From Tubiluchus corallicola (Eukaryota > Animalia > Priapulida): DNA of 64,000 nucleotides. A program made the position numbers and the translations under genes. Location: assembly GCA_030141605.1 (NCBI GenBank), contig JAQGDQ010000067.1:620001-684000 (forward strand). Direction: 5' to 3'. Positions within the stretch are counted from its first letter, which is position 1, and each line of letters starts with the position of its first letter. The notes beneath the pieces were generated by a model. It saw nothing but the letters and a program-made list of their open reading frames with translations, had not been told where the DNA came from and ran no database searches. Shown piece after piece: positions 1 to 12,100 of this stretch.

Positions 1-218
1 TACCACATTAAACTACATTAAATTACACAACAGTGAGACTGCACTAAATTGCAAAGCACTAAGCTATACACTGCGTTGTAAATTTGGCCAGTTACCAAGA
101 TAAACCATTATGCTTAGTTGCCATAATTTACTAAACATAATCAGTAAATTACACTGTACCACCCAACACTATACAGTGCTATGCCACAGTAGGCTACACC
201 ATGCTACTCTTCACTCAA

Positions 219-931
219 CTACATTACACTACACTACACTACACTACACTACACTACACTACACTACACTACACTACACTACACTACACTACACTACACT
301 ACACTACACTACACTACACTACACTACACTACACTACACTATACTACACCACTGTACACTACACTACACTTCACTACACTATTTTGCACTACACTACACT
401 ACACTGCACTGTACTATACTACACTACACTACACTACACTACACTACACTACACTACACTACACTACACTACACTACACTACACTACATTACACTACACT
501 ACATTTTGCTACGCAAAGCTGTGCTTCGCTACATTACACTACACTATGCTACGCTACGCTACACTACACTACATTTTGCTATTCAAAGCTGTGCTATGCT
601 ACACTACACTACACTACACTACACTACACTACACTACACTACACTACACTACACTACACTACACTACACTACACTACACTACACTACACTACACTACACT
701 ACACTACACTACACTATGCTCTGCTTCATTTCGTTGCACTGCACTACATTTTGCTACGCAAAGCTGTGCTTTGCTACATTACACTACACTATGCTACGCT
801 ACGCTACACTACACTATATTTTGCTATGCAAAGCTGTGCTATGCTATGCTACACTACACTACACTACACTACACTACACTACACTACACTACACTATGCT
901 CTGCTTCATTTCATTGCACTGCACTGCACTG
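219..931. repeat. (ACTAC)n pentanucleotide satellite with degenerate higher-order blocks
   Basis: Long perfect ACTAC runs. The block acattttgctacgcaaagctgtgc...aaagctgtgctatgct occurs at ~501-600 and ~746-850, and acactatgctctgcttcatttc at ~711 and ~891. Explains the spurious TTLHY ORFs. Confidence 0.95.
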
Positions 932-1212
932 CAAATGTTTTACACAATTGGTTATTTGATCATACATTTTCTCATAGCACCACATCATGCTCGAAGATCC
1001 GTCTAGTGAATTATACATTAAAGGACATATTACGCGATGCGTATTAACGTATGGCAGTATTTATAATAGCAGTTTTGCTTTCAGTGAAAGGTTCCCAGAA
1101 GAGCTAAGCATAAGTTTGCTCACGATCATATTATTGGATGCGTATGAACGTTTGTAATTATATGTAATTAAGTCTTTAAATCATAGTGAACGTTCATCAA
1201 TCATTCTTTCAG

Positions 1213-2928
1213 AAATGTAAATTGGCCAACAAGACGCCAGATGAATATGCCACAGCTTATTGCACTAAACTTACTCAGTTTCCTTACTTCAAGAATCTTC
1301 TAACTGGTTCCGGAAAGCAGCTGCCTTTTGAGAGCTATGGTAAAGTTCATGTATATATTGTAATTACAGTTATTACAGTTATAATTACAATTATATATAT
1401 ACATATATTGTCATTGGAATAAGGTATCATATTTACCTATAGGCTTATATTAGTTTCATATCTACACTTCTAATTCACAGGACAATCGCTTGATCTTAAT
1501 TATAGAAAAGACTCAGCCAATATCCCCGGAGATTCCTAAACACTTCGCGCACGTTATTTCTGGTACCTTGTAACTGTAACTTGAAGTGCATGTTTAATGA
1601 GTAAACACACTGAGCCATTAAAATAAATACCAGAAAGGTATTTCAATTCATGCCTAAGCGAGTCTAACCGTTTCAATATTATACAGACCTATATAATGCA
1701 CATCGTATGGAAACATTTCTGGTAACTCAATGGCATCATTTAGTAATGGATTTTGGGTTAGCTGCTTAAAAATTGTTATTATAAAATAATTTGGCTCTCC
1801 ATCGTGTATTTTTGATAGGCTAGTCGCATTTGTGTTTTTTGATTGACTTACAAAATCCTGGGCTCAATTTCTCTTAAGCACTAAACGTTTCGGTTATTCC
1901 TTAACCAACATCAGTAGTTGTACGTCTGCAAGTATAAAAATATTACTTTCCAAACTGTTCGCTCTAACATAAAAATATATTTTCTTTTGAATTATAAATG
2001 TTGTAGCACCTATAACTTAAGCATTTTGATTTAATAATTTGTGAAAATTGCAGAAGCAAAATATTTAAAATTTCTTCTGGAATCCTGACAAATTATTAAA
2101 TCAAAATGCTCAAATTATGGTGCTATAAATTTTAAATTTTTTCAAAAGTATTGAAAAATTTAAATTTATGTTAGCTAAACAGTTTATAACCGTATCTTAT
2201 ATATTATCCAGATGTACAACTGTTAATGGAAAATAATTTTCTAATAATTTCTAGTTTATAATAAAGATTTTCTAACACAATGCTTGACTGTATTAGACAT
2301 TTGAATGCATCTTAACACTTGTTAAATACTTTAGATGTGCCAAACCCTCAAAGTCGAGATGTAGCTTGCATTACTGCCTGTCAGCTGAGTGGAACATCGG
2401 ACACTCGATTTACACTTATCAGGAATTACTTCCCAGATGGGACACCTTGTGGGGGAGAAAAAACACCCAGACATTACTGCGTTGACAAGAAATGCATGGT
2501 AAATAAGTTTTATAATATTTGTAATGAGGTCTCAGATTAGTTTACCTACCTTATTAATATTTTCAAATGATTTTGTTGGTTCTATATTGCTAAAAAGGCA
2601 TATATCATTTTTTAGATATGAGATTAATCTAATTAGAGCGATAGAGACACATGGTCTATATGCTATCGTAATCTCAAGCAGTAAACAGTTGTTTTCTAAA
2701 TTACATAGATCTATATAATATTTCGCAAGCATTCTGTAACGTAGAATTAATTTGTTTTACACGGTACTATAATACAGCTAGACATCGTTTATCTCTAGTT
2801 ACCTGTAGAAATATTGATTATAAGCTGTATGGATTAATATAAGCAGTTATTATCATGTTTCTCATTTTCAGGGTTTTGACTGCAATGGAAAACTAAAGGC
2901 TGACACTAGATATGAAGACTGTACATAG
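1213..2928 (+). CDS. 3' end (last three exons) of a gene ending in an ADAMTS-like cysteine-rich module
   Basis: Exons 1213-1339, 2335-2498, 2872-2928, all AG/GT bounded and phase-compatible. Translation KCKLANKTPDEYATAYCTKL...ACITACQLSG...YFPDGTPCGGEKTPRHYCVDKKCMGFDCNGKLKADTRYEDCT*. The DGTPC..C...C....C.G pattern resembles the ADAMTS Cys-rich domain. AATAAA at 3084-3089. The 5' part lies outside the window. Confidence 0.7.
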
Positions 2929-3616
2929 ATATTAAATCTAGTCTAGTATAAGTAACAAATTTTTGTATAAAAACAGTAAAGATTGCTGTATTATGCTAAC
3001 TTATATGTGGGGGTCAATTATGGGACACTTAGTGACACTGTCTTCTACTTCACTATGAAATCGATAACTCTTACTAGCTGAAGAATAAAATTAATGCTCA
3101 AGAAAAAGGTAATGTAAAACAGCATTATAGATACATATGTTTATTGTTGAGATAAAGTGCTAACGTTATAACAATTCATTTATGTTAGAAATTGTTGGTG
3201 ATTATTAAAATTTGTCATTTAAAAATATTTTAGAATTGTAAATAATTGATTGGTATTTTTGCCGTCTATTGTTTTGTTTTATTATAATTACTGCCTAGGT
3301 CGTTCATGAATTACAGTAAAATGTCTTACAGTGACAACTTATATCTTTCTGAGACATTACAAGTATCAATGGTGCAAGAATTTCGAGTTTCAGTTTACTC
3401 AGCTTAATTCAGAATTGCTGTGCTTGCTTACAGTTTAGCACAATGTATCTAGTCATTTTAACAACACCTACAATTTGCCATGTCAGTCAACCGTCATATA
3501 CCGCGTTTTATAATTTGCTGAACATAATTTTTTAAAGACGCGTGTGCAGTTATGGTGTGAACACAAAACCACCACTTTCCTGCAAATAAAAAATGGATTC
3601 TCACTTGGCGTTTTCC

Positions 3617-3742
3617 GCTAACCACGTATCATGGAGGAATAGCAGCGCATCATGGTGCGTGCATGGCGACTTACGTTAAGCAGTGTCAAGCCTTGTCAGT
3701 AAATGGATGGATGACTGACAGGACTACTCTACTGCTGCTGTA
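3617..3742 (+). pseudogene. Degenerate 5S rRNA-derived sequence (5S pseudogene or SINE3 head)
   Basis: gttaagcagtgtcaagccttgtcagtaaatggatggatgactg...tgctgta resembles the 5S internal control region (A box GCTAAGCAG, C box GGATGGGAGAC) and the 3' end TGCTGTA, with many mismatches. Confidence 0.5.
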
Positions 3743-4654
3743 TGGTGTAATCGCTCGTACTTTTCTGGACTGTTTATCTTCATTGAAAGTGGCAAACTCT
3801 CTTTTGCCAGACATTATTAGATCTTAGAACCGTCTCCATGACAGTTGAGGTGGTTGCGCCTGGAATCTGAGTTGGAAAGTGTTGAACTGCCTACAGAAAA
3901 ACATTCAGGAAATGACAAATGCGTCTCAGAAATTGCATTTATGAATTTGTCAATAATACTTGAATGGACATTAAATTTCGCTGTGGTAGTCATTTTAGTT
4001 TCGCTTGTTATAAAGTCAATAATTATGTTACTCTCTGAAATAGAAGGATGGCTAAGAAGTAATTGTACTTTTTATTTAGAATGTAGTATGTAGTTACACG
4101 TAATTATTATAATTATAATTATAATTACTTTTACTTAGACGCTGGATAACATGTAAATCAGATGCTGGGAAAATTGTTTGTTTGTTTGTAACACATAAAC
4201 ATCCAAAGATAACTTTTATTTGTAATTTATTGTGAATTTACCTTTCTTGTAGAAATTGCAATTTTAATAAATAGCATGCCACTGGATAATAAAGCAAGGA
4301 AGATGCAAGGAAGCCAATTTGCTTGTAACTAGAAAAAATAATACACTACTCGATTCCTTTTCTATTCTTTAAGCTCCAGAAATAAATGTCTTTGTCAAAG
4401 AAAAATAATCTCTCTGCAATAGATATCATGAAACTATCCTTGTTGCAATTAACATTTATACAACCTTTAACTTACTAGGGACTAAAAAGATAATTTTACA
4501 TTGAAAGCGAAGATTAAAGCGCAGAATTTCCAGCGACGTAATAACTATTTAAGTGCACTAATTAATTATTGAGAATCTTTATTCCAAAATTGTTACTAGT
4601 GATGGAATAACTCCTCAATGGTAAATAACGTGAGGAAACATGAAAAAACATGGA

Positions 4655-4722
4655 CATAGCTCGGACTTCAACCAGGAACACCACACTTATGAAATGAGCA
4701 TCACAACCATTAGACTAACGTT
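4655..4722 (-). mobile_element. Degenerate tRNA-derived SINE head
   Basis: Minus strand gttagtctaatggttgtgatg...cctggttgaagtccgagc has A-box-like (TAGTCTAATGG) and B-box-like (GGTTGAAGTCC) motifs at tRNA spacing but no intact cloverleaf. Confidence 0.4.
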
Positions 4723-6173
4723 CATCATAACAGGTTTCAGTTCAATTGTATAGCAACTTAATAAACACTTCCAAGATTATCTGTCATTCCGAAATCTTAG
4801 TTTCCGAAATAAGATTAATGCTTTACATGCAGAGCTGAATGTATTTTAGCTGTTTCATTTCCAAGGTTAGTTTACTCTTTCCTATCATGATCACATGTGG
4901 CGTGACCTTCGCCTTGTAAGGAGACGTTCTGATCCAGGTTGTGTCCAACATTTTCCATTTCTTTCGAATAATTTCGGTTTCAAAATTAAAACGTTTATTC
5001 CACCAAAATACCAATCATTATTACATTTAAGCCTGTAAATTAATACTAGACCAGTGAATGGATATGTTATTAGCATTCTAGGAAACCCTGAAACCAACCA
5101 AAAAGCCTCATGCTAGCCACATTTTACCTTACATACATGAATAACTATGAAGGTCTTAGAAACATTAGACTAAATCCGAATGACATGCACCTGGGATTTG
5201 GCGAGATTTGCGGCGAAAGGAAGTGCCCCGAGCTAGATACAGGAACATCTGAACAGTAACATTCACTAAACTAACTGAAAGACTCTGATACAAAACTTAC
5301 GACACATATTTAGTAAAAAATAAAATTGAGAAAAAAATGAAAAGTAAGTTGATTTCGGAAAATTGCAGAAAATCAATGAATCAAAAGATGAATTTCTTTT
5401 GTTAAAGCCGATACTTAATAAATCTCAAGTGTAAAGCGCAGAGCAATTTTCATTGATCCACAATGGTTAGTGCAGTGCGCATGGCATTATTAAAGCAATT
5501 TGCTACAGATACATGTGCCGTGAAACAACAGGAAGCCAGGCACAGAGTGACAACCCGGAAGATTTGCGTGATCAGCACAGGAATTTGTTAGCTTTGTGTC
5601 TTAAATGCGCTTATAGTGATGCGCGAGACAAGGTTGTAATTGAAAAAGAAAACAAGCTAAAAGCTGAACAGTCGTCGTCTTCATAAATTTAGTTAAATCT
5701 TCCTTGTGCTTATCTTTGTTTCCCTTTTTGTGATAATGTGAAATTTTCCTAGTTACTTTATGTTTCACTAATCCAGCGCTTTTTTTCTAGTGATCACTAT
5801 AATCCGTAAAGACAATATGAAAAAAGGAGATTTTATGTGCTAGCCCAAAATTAGGTAGCATCAGGTGTCCAAATTGACGAAGCTAATGTGACCACGGTAG
5901 TGATTTTGAAATGTAAAATATATAATTTTAAATGGCGATGTAAGGGTAGCGTTAACATATTCATAAACTACATGTATTATTACTACCACCACTACATGTT
6001 AACTACTAAAATTTATTTTTCTATTTAGCATTTTTTCGACGTGTAGGTGAAGGAATTTTAAAGAACGCTATTGATCCATTACTGACGTATTTATGTTAGC
6101 AAAAAAGTTTAGCAGTATTGACAAAGTTTTCTTTAAGTAACTCGCAAACGAGCTATTAATCAAACATAAAACA

Positions 6174-9100
6174 ATGTATGGTCTACTATTACAAGCTATA
6201 GCAGAATATTTAAAGCAAACTTTGGGTCAAACGCAATGGGAAAACATTAGGAAGAGAGCAGGGATTCGTCACCACACGTTTTCAACACATAAAGTGTATT
6301 CAGAAACAATTATTCCAAGAATTGCTCAAGCTACTACTGAAGTGACTGGAGTTAGTCGTGATGAACTGATGGAGAGTTTTGGCTGGTATTTTGTCTCGTA
6401 TTCTGGTAGCTATGGATATGATAGAATCCAGAAAGTTCTTGGAAGAAATCTGCGCGATTTTCTTAATGGTTTGGATAATTTGCACGAGTATCTGCGATTT
6501 AGTTACCCAAAAATCAAAGCGCCCTCCTTTATTTGCGAGCAGGAAACATCGTCAGGGATGGTAGTGCATTACAGATCACGACGCAAAGGCTTTAATGCTT
6601 ACGTAAGAGGCCAGATAAGGTGTATCGCCAACAAAATCTACGGGCAAGATGTAAAGGTGGACATTTTAAAAGAGGAAAATTTAAAAGATCGTGTAAGTGT
6701 TACTATGGAGCTACATTTTGACAATAGGGCATTCACGCCTTATAAGGAAATTGAGAGGCAACTTCTTGAGCAAAATATGCCTATACGATCAACTGTGTTT
6801 TTTGACGTTTTTCCATTTCATTTAGTTTTTGATAGAATGATGTTAATTCAGCATGCTGGGGCAGGCATCATATCAGTTTTAGGAGAGTCAGTGATTGGGC
6901 ACAGCATCGATGAAATGTTCTCTATTGTTAGACCTCTTATTGATTTTAGCTGGGAACAAGTAAGTGTTTTTAGTTATTAAATAGATATTTAGTAGATATT
7001 AAAGGCTTGCAAAAAGTTTTGTTGTTAGAGCGTATACGATATCATTCCTTCTTCACATCACAGTGACTTCATCATAATCATCATGACTTAAAACATAAAT
7101 GAAGGTTACAGTTGAGTTAACAACAAATCAAAATTACGTAATTAACGATATGTATACCATCTCTAATATTTAATTAGTTGTTTTTATTTGAAAAGTTTAT
7201 AAAAGATAAAATAAAACAAAAATGAAAATACATTTAACTGAAGCCTACTCAACAAAAATAAATCCTGGAGTGATGTGCATACCACAAAAATTCGATGTTG
7301 TTTTCTGTGTAATTTTCTGCATATCGAAGAAATAATCTATGGATTATTTACGTTATTGTCATGGCTAGTATTCGATATAATTTATATGCAAATCAATTCT
7401 TCCCACAGTGATAATATAAACGTTTTTGTATTTATTTGACAACATACAGCGCTGACTTCGCTCCAAACAAAAATTTGTAATGGAAATTGCTAAATTAAAA
7501 AAATGCAGTTGAACTAAGTATAATGAAGTCCACCACAAAACCGATCCTGGTTTCCCAAATTTCACTCAAAATGTTCAGCATATATAATAGAGCAGAAACT
7601 GTAGCCAAATGTGCAATAAGTCAGCAGCTTTTCCTGTTTATGTCACGAGAAAAGAATAGCTATAAAATGTCATTATTGCATCAATGATACTTATCTGGGC
7701 AGCGTGCGAGTTCCAGGGGACCAATAAAAGATTGACCGGGCAACGTCGTATTGCACGGCGTTGAATATTCTGGGTCCGGGCAGGTCGACTTGGTAAGGTG
7801 AACACAATCATTGATTCTTTTTGGTTGACATTTCCTTTGACTTTAGCGAGTCAACCCAGAGTATCAACCTTCTACGACACTATGCCGTTCTTATAAATGA
7901 CGACATTCGGTGTACAAAAGACATTAAATGTACTTTGTAGTGTGATTATTTTTATTTTGTAATAAGTTAAGTTTTAAATATTTATTTTTAAGTTAAGTTT
8001 CCTAACTTCTGTTTGAAGTAAGCTGTTATACGCGTTATGCGTGTTGCTTGTACATGTTGGCAATTTCGTTAAAGAGGTCACATATTTCTTTTCGCTTTTC
8101 ATTATAACATGATTTTCCCATATGATGGTGTAAAATGATCAATCATTATAATTAAGAAAAGAAAATGCGCCGCTGCACTTAAGTACCTGCTCAATAAAAA
8201 TATTGCTACTGAGCAACGAGCTCTACATTCAGTTTACAGACAGTGTCACTTTCACGTGAAAATGATTGTGTTAACAGTATTTAGGTAAGCTATCAGTATC
8301 AGTGATATCAGTTAGTTTCGTTTGTTTGCAACATTTATGTTATTCAGGAAAATTTTCAGAATGTTCAGTAATAATGTCAATAAACTAACACATCTCGCAT
8401 AAATTTATAACTTAGTGACATCTAATAAAATGGCGCTTTAGATGTGCCCAGTTTTAACAAAGTTACTTCTTTGCACAAGATGCTGAGCTGTTGTAACGTC
8501 ACTAGCAGCAACATAGTACAATCTATTCCTGAAAATTCCTTTTACAATTTTATAATCAAATTATTGATGAATAAGGCAACGCAAGAAAGGGCCCTAGAAA
8601 TAATCGTTGCGCTAAGACCAGTACTGCTGGTGCACATGCGGTAGCGTCATTATAATAGACGTCAGAAATGATTATGACGACAGTAACGGACACAGTGTTC
8701 AACTACTTTTTTACTTTATGCATCTTGAACAGATTTAATAACTTTTATAGATAATGGCACATAGTAATAATGTGTTCGAAATGGCAACTAATCAACCAAT
8801 AGCAGCTGACGATGACTACACTGATGATGAAGCCAGTCACAGTAAGTAAAACTATATGTGCTAAGTTTGTTCTGAATGACCAGGGTTAGAATATTGTTGT
8901 CGGGCAAAGATTAGTCACACAAACCTTTGCAAATGAGTTATTAAATTGCCGAAGTCATGAAATGCTATATACAACAACTATTGCAGTGTACAGAACATAC
9001 TATGATACTCAGTCTAAAAGATTGCTGAACTCACACTTTAAAAGCTTGTCAGCGTTTTGAGAGCCTTGGTAAAAATTAGGTTTTAGTAATTCATTATTTT

Positions 9101-12100
9101 AATTTAATTTTAATTTATTGAGTATAAAAATTGTACAATTATAAATTACAAAGACGCAATACACAATATTTGACCAAACCTGTGTTATTTAGAACAAATT
9201 TTGATCATGCACATTGAGAGTATAATAAAGTATTAGGCTAGCTAGTATATAGGTATAAGTCCCAAAGGCCGAGTGCATGTAATTAGACGACTACGCGCGA
9301 GCGATAAAATAGTTAGTATCTTATCAAATAAGCATGATGTTATTAACGAGCACTGAACGGCTGTCCCAAGTCCCTACTTCTTACTGTTGTAGATATCGAC
9401 CTGACAATGACGGCCTGTATTCTGACTGAGTTACCGCAGTGCATGAGGTCTGTACAATTACACTATAATTTGGACCTTTAATTTGTCACTAAACTCATTT
9501 ACACTAGGCAGAGAATACTCTACTTGCCGTGGATGTTTTTGATCTAAATGTAAAGTAAACGAAAACACAGCCAGAAAGACCATTAGGGCTAGAGCATTTT
9601 TTGTGACTACCTCACAGGTATGTGGTCACAGATGCATGTAAATAAAAACATAGCCAGAAAGACCATTAGGCCTAGAGGATTTTTCTGACCGCCTCACAGA
9701 TATGTGGTCACAGAAGATATAAATAATATAACAACTATTTCATGATAGAGTTATTCAATGCAATTACAAGTTGTTTTCAATATTATAAAAAAAGTTGTAT
9801 ATTGTCTAAAATTGTTGCGATGATAATAGTAAATGGTAAAATTAAATTGAGAATCAGGCTTTAAAAGCATTTACAGGGCTAAACATATTGCACCAGCCTA
9901 CACAAATTCGTTTTTGGATTTAAAAATGCTAAAAGAAGACACGTAGACTTAATACTCATTAATACTACTTAAGACTATACACATTAAGTACTAATTATAA
10001 TGTAATAAGTACTCGTTTACAGTCTACGTTTACAAAGAGGTCCATCCGCAGTGCAACAGTTTTACAAAAGTGTAAACAACTGACTGAAATTGTATTTCCA
10101 ATTACTAGCGTCCGAGTAAAACTTTGTATTTCCTAATCAGCAAACTGCCTTTTTTGTCGTTTCGTCAACACTGGGTAATCTCACTGATGCGCAGCGAAAA
10201 ATTACCATGTTAAAACGCATGCTATCTATACATAATTGTACAGCGTACAACCTAATTGTTAGACGAAAGAAAAAAGTAAATAAACATATAATTAAAATGT
10301 ATATTGACAGCAAAACGTATAAAGGCAAAAAGACTACATTATAATCCTTTTCCTAACGAAATGTGTACTGGCGAAGTGAAACATTTGTTAAATAGGACCG
10401 CAAATGGTAAAGAAATCAGCAGAGATTTTTCACTGGCGAAGTGTGTACAACTGGTGAACTGAGACTTTTGTTAAAGAATAAGGTAATAACACACAGCAGA
10501 TAAATTTTGACGGAGAACTGTACCAAGTCGAAGTGTAACTCACTGGCAATAGTGTGCTATAGGGCGCACTGTGCCACTGGTGAAGTGGTATGCAATCGTC
10601 ATTTATAACTTGAAGAATGCATGCACGTCTGGTTTCATTAGCGGGTTTCCTTACAGTAAAACCACGTATCTTGAACATATGCGCTCGGTCATATCAGAAA
10701 TCTGAAGCAGTCCAAGGCTAAAACATGTATTGTTTTACAAGTAAAAAGTTCAGCTTTACGCCATAACAAAACATCTATAATGCAATTTTATTTTAGCTAA
10801 CTCGGGTTTAAGAAAACGCTTTTGCTGTCCTCGGATAGGTATTGACGGTTGCGCTTTTGTAGCGTACGGGAAACATGACACGCCATACTTGTATAATCGT
10901 TGTGAACAGTAACAGACTTTATATAAAACGAATGTCAATTTTTGTAGCATTTTTCAGTTTTTGAGTTGATCATTTCGAACAGTACTGATTTCCTTCTCGG
11001 TTGTCAATTGAAACTGTAGTTAAATTAAATTACTTGCAGCTAAAGTTTAAAAACAACTTACAATAGAAATCTACACGTCTTCTAACTACTCCATCTATCT
11101 ATGTGTCTGTCCTAAGTACTGAGATTCCTGTTTTTGGCTATAAAGTTACTCATAAGCTTTGTTTCATTTGCTAACCAGTACTAATTTATGCACAACTTGA
11201 ACTGGGTGTAGAAATAAAGAACAAAGAGTTTAAGAAAGCCTTAAATATGATAAATGTTTTCAGATTGGAAGCAAGCCAGAAGAGCAATTAGAGGTGCTTC
11301 TGTTGACGTTGATTCAATGAAAAATGGCCGCTCATACACGCTGTGTAGGTCTAATGTTTAGTTTTTATATTTTTAATTTTCAATCAATTAATTAAACATG
11401 TCGGAAAAAATGAACTGAACCGTTGAACACAGTTGCACATCTGAGTTTCCCATACTGCACATTTTGCTCGGTGTAAATCTCCACAAGAATTGATTAGTGG
11501 ATGACGTCATTTCGAGCAACTTCAGTATTTCAGCGCTGTAAAACAGAGTAACGCAGCAACTTAATTATATTCAATTTGCAGGGTTGGCAAACCCCTTGTA
11601 AATTTATAGGTCTCTCACTGAGAGAAACCTCAGTTTTTCTGATGAAACTGTGTTCAAAAATTATGAGATGGTAGCCAACCTCCTACGCAGCTGGGATTTG
11701 TGCGAATAATTGCATTGAACACTATGAAGATTCTAGGATACGCAGAGTGTTAGTGGAATGTGTGAACTCACTTGAGACGAGGGCTTTGCCATTCGATTAT
11801 ACTTGAATTAATATAACGTTTTGACTTGTCTAGTCTGACGAGCAAAAATGGCGTGAGGCCGTAAATTAATTTTTTTTCACTCGGCTGTCTATGTAAAAAA
11901 ATGTTCTACAAAAATTTAAACAACTGGTGCTTCGATAGATTGCAGTGAGTTAATTTGATTAAATCTTTTCTCACTGGTGAGCCAGTAAGTGACAGACGAA
12001 TGATGTGTGAGCTGGCGAACCAGTGAGTGACAGATGAATAACGAATGAGCTGGCGAGCCAGTGAGTGACAGACGAATGACGAGTGAGCCAGTAAGTGACA

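Noticed and set aside
110-1047. Long ORFs (298 aa, 252 aa) of TTLHY repeats
   Set aside because: Translation of the stop-free (ACTAC)n satellite; no coding evidence.
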